Assembly (NCBI RefSeq): GCF_006345805.1
Contig: NC_043003.1
Coordinates: 99,138,001 to 99,202,000 of the forward strand
DNA length: 64,000 nucleotides
Source of the DNA: Octopus sinensis
Lineage: Eukaryota
Direction of reading: 5' to 3'
The position numbers and the translations under genes are program-made. Positions 53,838-64,000 of this stretch are shown here, piece by piece (within the stretch, counting starts at the first letter, position 1; the number at the start of each line of letters is the position of its first letter). A model generated the notes under the pieces. The model did no database searches. It was given only the letters and a program-made list of their open reading frames with translations, and had not been told where the DNA came from.

Positions 53838-53936
53838 ATCCGGGCTACATATGTTTCATAGCGAGCGAGCGGAACCTCAGAAGTGGTAAGTATCCAAGCG
53901 AGAGGTATACTGCAGGCTACTCTTCAGGCTGCGGAT
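53838..53936 (-). ncRNA. Minimal type-I hammerhead ribozyme with a long helix II insert
   Basis: Minus strand: atccgcagc-CTGAAGA-gtagc[..]gctat-GAAA-catatg-TA-gcccggat; palindromic helix III ACATATGT. Confidence 0.78.
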
Positions 53937-53977
53937 ATCTTGAAAAAATGAAATGTTACATTTTCGCAACGAGGTAC

Positions 53978-54069
<92 letters not shown>

Positions 54070-54350
54070 TATTAGTATAATGTTAAACAGTCGTATGTCC
54101 AAATTCGGTCAAATGCGTTTTTTTGTTTTTTTTTCAGTATTTATTTATGCTTGCAATAGCCGGTTATTTTGGTCAAACTATCGCATCTCCAGGTGCTTCG
54201 GATGCCAAGATATCGAAAATTGTCATAAAATGTAGTACAACGGATTTGCTATGGAATGGTGAAACTTTTTTCGGTTCTGAAAAAGCAACGTTTTGGACTA
54301 ACAACACTTTTGCATAATAGCAAGGCATATATATATACATATATATATAC

Positions 54351-54382
<32 letters not shown>

Positions 54383-54385
54383 TTG

Positions 54386-54458
<73 letters not shown>

Positions 54459-54468
54459 TATATAAACG

Positions 54469-54673
54469 CGAGGGGTGCTGAAAAATTCCTGGCTTTAAGG
54501 TTTCGTGAAAGGACTGTCTGGGGGTCCAACTTCCTGGTTCTGTTATAGGGCTTAGAAAAACTGCAGGACCGTTGAAATAAATGTCTGAATATGAGAGGGG
54601 AATATGTTCAATAAAATAATAATTAACAGATACTCCTGTATTTTCTTTTACCCAAAGCCAGGAAGTTTTCAGT
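54469..54673. mobile_element. Mariner-type MITE
   Basis: TIRs cgaggggtgctgaaaaattcctggcttt / aaagccaggaagttttcagta. Confidence 0.65.
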
Positions 54674-55018
54674 ATGTATGTCTGTCTGTATGTATGCATG
54701 TATGAATATGTATATATATATATGTATGGATATATACGTATATATGTATGTATATACTTATACACACACACACACGCACACACACACACACACACGCACA
54801 CGCACACACACACACACACACACATATTCACTCCTAATTTCCCCGTCACAATCACATTCAGCTTCGAATAAATAAACAGAATTGTATATACAATTCCTTT
54901 TTTTTCTTTTCTATTGTACATCAGCGTCACACGCGCATACACACACATACGTATACACACATGTAGTGTATATAATCTATTTATATATGCATGTATATAT
55001 GCACGTACGTATAAATAA

Positions 55019-55068
<50 letters not shown>

Positions 55069-55379
55069 CATCTTGGAAGCTACTCAACGCGTACATATAT
55101 GTGTGGGTGTATATACACACGTATATATACCGACATACATATGTATACACATACATGTATACATCCATTCCTACACACAAACACGTACACACACAGCACA
55201 AACATGTACACACACACAACACACACACACACTTGCAAATCTCAATCAATCTGTTGTCAGTGAAATCTACGCCCAAATAAAACCACCCTGTTAGCTATCA
55301 ACAAGTGTAAGATGCTGGACTTCCTCCTAGTAAAACTGGATTAATGATCATGTATTATATTTTAGTTTCAATTACCAAA

Positions 55380-55383
55380 AACA

Positions 55384-55464
<81 letters not shown>

Positions 55465-55557
55465 TTAATAATAATAATAAAAATGATAATAATAATAATG
55501 ATAACAATAATAATAATGATGATGATAATATTAATAATAATGATGATGATGATGATG

Positions 55558-55609
<52 letters not shown>

Positions 55610-55610
55610 T
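55380..55610. repeat. (AAT)n microsatellite
   Basis: Runs are directly visible. Confidence 0.95.
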
Positions 55611-55799
55611 ATTAATTTTTCTAGTAATTTGTTGTTGACGACGACGACGACGATGATGATATCTTTTATTTGCCACCAGTGTGATGGATGAGGGAGGACA
55701 ATACAACGACAGATATAGAATGTGGGGATTTACATGCAATGAAATTATACATATATAATAGTAACTATACATGGTATACAATAAAATATAGAACGAAAA

Positions 55800-56288
55800 T
55801 ATACATTAATACTCATTTGTAACAAAAAGGAAAAAAACGATAAAGATGATCTGACCCTCCTAATACTGGAGGACCTGTAGGGACAAACGCAGGATCTAGT
55901 TTTTTTTTTCATTCGCAAAATATGCATTTTTGAAAAGGAAGTAAAAACCTGAAAATCAGCTATAATAATATAGCATTTCAGTCTCATTGCTTTGAAGGTA
56001 TGATGTTGTGGAGAGAAAAAAAATAAAGAAAAAAGTTACAAAGGTTTAAGAATCGAAAAGCTTGGGTATTTTTAGCCAATAGCGAGACAAATTTTCTGCG
56101 TTTAGCGGAGCGGTGTCAACTTTAAGGTCGTACCCTGTGATATTTATAGTTTAGCGACTGACCTGTTCATTGCATTTTTAATGCATTTTTAATGCATTTT
56201 TTTGCTATTTTTTGGCTATAACTCTCTAAAAAATGCTTATATAGTTATTTCCCTTACAAACCCGAGCAACGCCGGGCGATACTGCTAG
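55800..56288 (+). mobile_element. Non-autonomous Helitron 3' portion (5' boundary uncertain)
   Basis: aacccgagcaacgccgggcgatactgCTAG|T, nearly the same terminus as 3291-3320. Confidence 0.7.
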
Positions 56289-57104
56289 TACATAATAAAA
56301 TCAACATGTATCATCTGACTGTTTCTTTTGTCCCTTCATCTATTGTATGTTCTTTATCATTTTTTAAAATTTGTTATATTAATATATTTGTCTGCATGTG
56401 TTTACTTTATGTGTACTTCAGTATTATATATACCCGCCATGTATGTATGTATATCATTCATATATAAGTGCATGTGTGTGTGTGTGTGCGTGTGTAAAAA
56501 GGTGGGATTTTGTCTCTAAAATTCCAAAGTTGAGTAACGTTTTCATGCTTGGATTTGTAAACTACTATAAGAATAATACTGGTCAACAAAGAATTTGTCC
56601 CAAGGAAGAGAATACCTGTATCTTATATGTTTGTGCATGCAGAATTCAAAAATAATGTCAAATTATCTGTATTAACCACAATTTCTCTGTTTCACGATAT
56701 CCCCCTCAGTTCCTGTTACATGGGCTAAATTTCAGTTAAGCTGTTGAAATGTGAAGCTAACAATTTAAGAAATACTCCTAATTAAAAATTTTATGAAGAG
56801 AATTAAATTAGTGAAATCATAAATCCAGCTATCTGAGTCAATGAGCCCCCAAAATATATGAAATGGAAAATATGGAAAAATGCTAACACACAGAGCACGG
56901 AGAAATACTAACGCAGAGAAACACAGAAAAATATGTAATGTACTAACACACAGAAAAGATAAAACAAAACACATGGGTGCAATCGACATAGAAAAAGCGG
57001 CACAGACAACAGTGAACCACAACACTGTTTACGGTTGTCATAGTAACAAGCTGCAAATGCAACGCTCGCCGTTGATTGGCTAAAATTACCCAAATTTCCC
57101 ATCT

Positions 57105-58327
57105 TCGACAAACGAGATCGATAAAATAACGTAGCGGTTCGACAAACGAGATCGATAAAATGACTTAGCGCTTCGACAAACGATATCGATAAAATGACTT
57201 AGCGGTTCACCAAACGAGTTCTATAAATGACTTAGCGTTTCGCTAAACAAAATCGATAAAATGACTTAGTGTTTCGCCAAACCAGTTCGATAAAATGACT
57301 TAGCGGTTCGCCAAATGAGATCGATAAAATGACGTAGCTGTTCGACAAACGAGATCGAAAAAATGACGTATCTGTTCGACAAACGAGATCGATAAAATGA
57401 CCTAGCGATTCGCTAAACAAGAGCGATAAAATGACTTAGCGGTTCGCCAAACGAGATCGATAAAATGACTTAGCATTTCGCTAAAGGAGTTCGATAAAAG
57501 GAATTAGCGTTTCGACATACGAGATCGATAAAATGACTTAACGATTCGGTAAACGAGTTCGATAAAATGACGTAGCGGTTCGCTAAAGGGATTCGATAAA
57601 ATGTCTTAGCGTTTCGCCAAACATGTTCGATAAAATGACGCAGCGGTTCGCCAAACGAGGTCGATAAATTGAATTCGCGTTTCGCTAAACAAGATCGATA
57701 AATAGTAAAATGATATATATAGATAAGAGATCGATAAAATGAATTTGCGGTTCGCCAAACGAGATCGATGAAATGACGTAGTGGTTCGCCAAACGAGATC
57801 GATTAAATGACGTAGCGGTTCGACAAACCTGTTCGATAAAATGACATAGCGGGTCGCCAAACGAGATCGATAAAATGATGTAGCGGTTCGCCAAACGAGA
57901 TCGATAAAATGACCTAGCGATTCGCTAAACAAGATCGATAAAATGACTTAGCGGTTCGCTAAAGGATTTCGATAAAATGAACTAGCGTTTCGCCAAACGT
58001 GATCGATAAAATAACTTAGCGGTTCAGCAAACAAGATCGATAAAATGAATTCGCGTTTCGTTAAACAAAATAGATAAAATGACGTAACGGTTCGCTAAAC
58101 AAGATCGATAAAACGACTTAGCGTTTCGCCAAACGAGATCGATAGAATGACGTAGCGGTTCAGCAAACGAGATCGATAAATGAACTAGCGTTTCGCTAAA
58201 CAAGATCAATAAAATGACCTAGCGTTTCGCCAAATCGATAAAATGACGTAGCGGTTCGCCAAACAAGATCGATAAAATGACGCAGCGGTTCGCCAAATGA
58301 GATCGATGAAATGACTTAGCGGTTTGA
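57105..58327 (+). repeat. 34-bp minisatellite, ~36 diverged copies
   Basis: Consensus aacgagatcgataaaatgac(t/g)tagcggttcgcca. Confidence 0.95.
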
Positions 58328-58459
58328 CTAACACATATATATATACACTCATATATGAGTTTTATAAGTGGACAATTATTAAAGCGTGTACTCATACACA
58401 CACGCACACACACACACACACACACATATATAGATAGATGTATGTATATGTGTACATTC

Positions 58460-60099
58460 ATATTTATTATATCAAAGACAATGTCTTTATGTGTGTTCGT
58501 GTGTTACTTATACATTCGAAAACTGCTGCACCGATCATAATGAAATTTGGCATACAAAATCGAAGCCTAGGGAGAAGGGTAATGCTGTGTGTTTCATACA
58601 ATTTCATGGACCAAAATTACTGAATGGATCCTTATGTTATTTAAAACTTAGATTCAATGCATGAGGGCGGTTATAATGCAATAAGTTTGTTTTGAATTTC
58701 AGATGGCTTAAAGAGGGCAGAACCCCCCATGATAATTCATAAATTTTCGATGTTGATGAAATTTTAACCATGGGTAATTGATACACATCAAGAAGTATTC
58801 TCTAAGTTTCCACTTCACATGAGGATTCTAAGACACCCTAATGGGGGCCTTAACTCCCAAATTTTAGTAATTTCTTTTATGATCCAACACTTAGTCAAAA
58901 GTACTGAATGGATCTTTACGAAATTTGGAAATTATATTCTATGCATAAGGGCCACAACCCTCATGACAATTCATATATTTTTGCTATTGAGGAAATTTTA
59001 ACCATAGATATTAGATACAAATGAAGTGATATTTATAAGATTTCATCTTCTTACAAGTTAGAAAGGCCTCTTCATGAGGATTTAACACCCACAATTTTGT
59101 CATTTTATCTAAGCAAAGACGAATAGTTGTACTCTTGGAAGCTGTGGGGTCATCCGAGCATAGAAGATGAGCATTATTTGTAATTCAATGGTACAACAGT
59201 GAAAGAGTCTGCTTTGACATACACTTACATTGTGATTTCTGCAATGTGCTGCATACGAGTGATTTTGCCTCCATTGATTCAGTGTTGAGTAAAGTTACTT
59301 GATTGCAGACCTCCTTTCAGTCTTTTTATTATCACTCGGTCACACATAGTCCCCAAATTGTTACATTGATTTCAAGGCCTTCCCAGATGAGTGACTGGTT
59401 ATTCAAAGACATTTATAGATTGTATATTTATTCTGTCCAGCTACGTATCAGTATAGTGGTCATTTGCAAACTCTAACTTTCATTTCTCCTTAGCCCTCAC
59501 GTCACACAGTTGTTGATGTTTATTTCAGTTGGGTCACGCCCTTCCAATTGCTATAGATTCGTAATGCATCTTACGGCTGTGCCTGTCACCTGCATGGTGA
59601 GGAATACTATATTGGGAGTGGTAACGACTAGGGTACTGTAGCTGACTGCTTATTGTGATCATTCGTCTGCTGGTTTCCTGTAGCTTTGCTCTCTTTTACA
59701 AACCCAGTGAACATATATTTCCTATTTCAAAGAAATTCAAACAATAGATATATGACCCAAGTGAAAAAGATTCTCAACAATTCAACTTCTCTGGTTGACA
59801 TTAAGATATCATTAACCCTCACATTTTAGAGCTCCATGACCTCCATTTTTCAGGAGCAAAATCCTTTTAACAGGTTCTATAAGACTGGCATTTTGGAATA
59901 TGAGCATAAAAATCAGTAGTATGGGATACATGTGGCACGATTACAATTTTGTTTGGGTGTGTAAAGAGGGAAATAACCCTCATCTGCAATTTTGATGAAA
60001 TTCGAAACATAGGTATTCCAGTTCATTACAGAAAATATAACAGAAAAGTCTAATTCTTCAATAGTATGTAACTTGGGGTACGCCGATTAACTCTGCTAG
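58460..60099 (+). mobile_element. Probable non-autonomous Helitron-type element
   Basis: The 5' region has a gtgtgtt tract and ccgatcataatgaaatttggcatac; there is an internal diverged ~230-bp repeat (near 58725 and 58960); it ends ggggtacgccgattaactctgCTAG|T. Confidence 0.5.
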
Positions 60100-60100
60100 T

Positions 60101-60129
<29 letters not shown>

Positions 60130-60134
<5 letters not shown>

Positions 60135-60643
60135 CGAACTGACACTCCTTCGGTTACGGTGAAGCGGGTTCCACTTCATTTGATCAACGGAACGGCTTGC
60201 TTGTAAAATGAAAGTGCATGTAATTGAGCACTCCACAAATACGCATGCTCTAACCTAGTTTTTAGGGAGATTCAGCATGACACTGAATGTGACGATGTTG
60301 GCCCGATGAATTACATGTACAAATTGTAACGGGTTGAATTACGGGTACGATGGACTGGAATTACGTGAAATAAAGTGTCTTTCTCAAGAACACAACGCGC
60401 TAGAGAATCGAACTCAGGACCATATGATCGTGAGCCGAATATACACTAACCACTAAGCCACTACCTTCACACACGCACACACACACACATACATATACAT
60501 ATCTGTATATTTATGTACATGAACAGTGAGTAAGAAAGGTATTCAGAAAAAATAAATACATGTGTTTGCGTATGCGCATTTATTGTTTATGCAAATGTGT
60601 GTATGTGTATGTATACACATACGCACACATACATACATACATA

Positions 60644-60674
<31 letters not shown>

Positions 60675-60687
60675 AATAAATAAATAA

Positions 60688-60734
<47 letters not shown>

Positions 60735-60980
60735 ATATATGTATATATATACTCTTTTACTCTTTTACTCTTTTACTTGTTCAGTCATTTGACTGCGGCC
60801 ATGCTGGAGCACCGCCTTTAATCGAGCAACTCGACCCCGGGACTTATTCTTTTGTAAGCCCAGTATTTATTCTATCGGTCTCTTTTGCCGAACCGCTAAG
60901 TAACGGGAACATAAACACACCAGCATCGGTTGTCAAGCAATGCTAGGGGGACAAACACAGACACACAAACACACACATGC

Positions 60981-61028
<48 letters not shown>

Positions 61029-61579
61029 CGAACTGACACTCCTTCGGTTACGGTGAAGCGGGTTCCACTTCATTTGATCAACGGAACGGCTTGCTTGTAA
61101 AATGAAGTGCATGTAATTGAGCACTCCACAAATACGCATGCTCTAACCTAGTTTTTAGGGAGATTCAGCATGACACTGAATGTGACGATGTTGGCCCGAT
61201 GAATTACATGTACAAATTGTAACGGGTTGAATTACGGGTACGATGGACTGGAATTACGTGAAATAAAGTGTCTTTCTCAAGAACACAACGCGCTAGAGAA
61301 TCGAACTCAGGACCATATGATCGTGAGCCGAATATACACTAACCACTAAGCCACTACCTTCACACACGCACACACACACACATACATATACATATCTGTA
61401 TATTTATGTACATGAACAGTGAGTAAGAAAGGTATTCAGAAAAAATAAATACATGTGTTTGCGTATGCGCATTTATTGTTTATGCAAATGTGTGTATGTG
61501 TATGTATACACATACGCACACATACATACATACATACATACATACATACATACTACATACATATATAAATAATAAATAA

Positions 61580-61642
<63 letters not shown>

Positions 61643-61872
61643 CTCTTTTACTCTTTTACTCTTTTACTTGTTTCAGTCATTTGACTGCGGCCATGCTGGA
61701 GCACCGCCTTTAATCGAGCAACTCGACCCCGGGACTTATTCTTTTGTAAGCCCAGTATTTATTCTATCGGTCTCTTTTGCCGAACCGCTAAGTAACGGGA
61801 ACATAAACACACCAGCATCGGTTGTCAAGCAATGCTAGGGGGACAAACACAGACACACAAACACACACATGC

Positions 61873-61900
<28 letters not shown>
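60130..61900. repeat. Tandem duplication, ~895-bp unit (SINE C plus 3' half of SINE A)
   Basis: ataacgaactgacactccttcgg at ~60131 and ~61025; the copies are nearly identical. Confidence 0.92.
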
Positions 61901-61933
<33 letters not shown>

Positions 61934-62097
61934 TACGACAGGCTTCTTCTTTCAGTTTCCGTCTACCAAATCCACTCACAAGGCTTTGGTCGGCCCAAGG
62001 CTATAGTAGAAGACACTTGCCCAAGGTGCCACGCAGTGGGACTGAACCCGGAACCATGTGGCTGGCAAAGAAGCTACTTACCACATAGCCACTCCTA
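61640..62097 (-). mobile_element. SINE family A
   Basis: Family match. Confidence 0.9.
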
Positions 62098-62168
62098 TAT
62101 ATATATATTCTAGTTTATACGTATGTATGTGTAAATATATATATATATATAAAAATAAAAAAAATAAA

Positions 62169-62219
<51 letters not shown>

Positions 62220-62239
62220 GTGTGGTGTGTGTGGTGGTG

Positions 62240-62270
<31 letters not shown>

Positions 62271-62799
62271 TGTGGTGTGTGTGTGTGTGTGTGTAAATAC
62301 ACGCTTTAATAATTGTCCACTTATAAAACTCATGTGTGAAATCAAAAGGCCTTTTGATCAGAAACCATGAAAACTGTTATTAGTCACTTATTAAAGTAAG
62401 ACACACCAACATCTTGATTGTCTTTCTTACTTCTATAAACAACTAACCACCTCCTGAGCGATTATTTAAAAGATACACGATCAGATATACATCATTTTTT
62501 ATAATGATTTATGTGGCTGAAAGCAGATATGTCAAGACAGCACAGAAAATACTTATTAGTTATAATTGCTAACTGCAGAAGGGTCTCTGGTATCAGAGAC
62601 CTTTCTGCTGTTTCGCAATTATATTCAGGACAAATGCTAGTTTGTAGTTTTTTTAAGGTTAAAATTTAGGTAGCTCTAAGTCTTATATTAGTATTTAAAC
62701 TGATAAGAACATGTGTTCATTATACTGCATTGAAAGGCGACGAGCTGGCAGAATCGCTAGTATATCGGACAAAATGCGTAGTGGTATTTCGTCCGTCAT

Positions 62800-63420
62800 A
62801 ATATTGAGAAACAGTTGGTCTGCCGTTTGGACACTGTTGATCACATCCTGAAGTTCCTTGTAGAACTGATCTTTCTTCTCATCTTCTGCTTTAGAATCGG
62901 AGCATATGCACTAATGAGATGGGTCATTCCAGTTATAATCTCCACTTCCATGATAGTGACGAGCTCACGTAAGTCTCGATGAGTACTGATCTTGTTCAGC
63001 AATCTGTTGTGTACTGCGAACCCCACACCATGGATTCTCCTCTCATCTTCCCCAAGACCCTTCTAGAAGAATGTGTGATTTCTTTCCTTAATGGAACCAG
63101 AGTCAGTAACTCTTGTCTCTTTTGCTCGGCAGTGATGTCTACATTCAGTTGTGTGAGCTCCCTGTCAATGATTGCCGTTTTCCTGATGTCCTCTGTTTTG
63201 TCCCGGGCGGTAATGTCCATTCCGGTTGCAGGTGCTGCCTGAAGATAGCTTGGATCATTCCTCCCCATCAACTGCCTTAGGGACCCTCTCTCCGGATTTT
63301 CTGTTTGGGTTTACCCCCTTAGCCATTCATAGTCCTGTATGTGTATACAAGGCAACAAAATCAGCCGCAGGTTGTACCATCTACTGTCATTTTGGTAGCA
63401 GCACTAGTCTGACCTGACAC
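62800..63420 (-). mobile_element. RTE-clade LINE 5' fragment (5' UTR plus APE endonuclease remnant)
   Basis: RKTAIIDRELTQLNVDITA, GFAVHNRLL, LISAYAP; 5' UTR ggctaagggggtaaacccaaacagaaaatccgg. Confidence 0.78.
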
Positions 63421-64000
63421 ACACACATGACTCGCACCCCCGACACACACACATACAAGGATATATATATAAAATTAAAATAAATAGTAAAATGATATAT
63501 ATAGATAAAAGATATGCTTTTGAGAAATAGAAGATAATATATATATAAAAGTAAAACTATATAAGTAGAAATATAATTTAAAATATAACCTATATATATA
63601 TATATATATATAATATATATATATATATACATTACAGACATTTTTTTACAAACATTTTGTTGGATGGCCGTTGAATGTTCATGGAGTTCCTCTGCCCTTT
63701 GATGGGTTATGTTTTTTATCCCGCAGGGTGTCCAACACACCCTCCTCACCATGCAAGCCTGGTGAGGTTGCCAGTTTAGTCACCGACGACCCGACCATGC
63801 AACAGGTTGTACTGGGTTACATGCTACCAGTAGCACTCTAGAGTGACCTGACATCATATATATATAAAATGTAGCGCGGGATTTTGTCAGTGAACAGGTC
63901 GCAGTTTCAAAGCGACGAAAATATTTTGACAAATTAAATTTTAATGTTGAAGTGAATCTAACGGTTTTTGTGTGTTTTTAAATGGCTATCCCACACTCCT

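Noticed and set aside
57105-58327. CRISPR-like appearance of the 34-bp array
   Set aside because: The monomers are contiguous with no regular unique spacers, there are no cas genes, and the context is eukaryotic.

Overview
This is an AT-rich, microsatellite-dense eukaryotic window that looks like intronic or intergenic DNA. The repeat landscape suggests a cephalopod (Octopus-like), which is an inference. I can support no intact host gene, and almost all ORF-track entries are microsatellite or SINE read-throughs. The mobile content is: a decayed Helitron (1-3320) with a nested mariner; three non-autonomous Helitron-type elements; several mariner/Tc1 relics; a decayed L1/Tx1 LINE joined in frame to a Penelope RT fragment; CR1-like and RTE LINE fragments; and about 25 tRNA-derived SINE copies from at least four families. 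The most notable hidden structure is (i) a set of unrelated minimal type-I hammerhead ribozyme motifs, several with palindromic helix III, in short non-coding Penelope-type fragments that mostly sit in (TA)n tracts, one in a 435-bp direct-repeat unit resembling a retrozyme; (ii) a ~36-copy 34-bp minisatellite whose monomer matches a SINE segment and which carries a templated insert; (iii) SINE/LINE shared 3' stem-loops with compensatory changes; and (iv) long palindromes and ~0.8-0.9 kb tandem duplications. All alignments were done by eye and boundaries are approximate.
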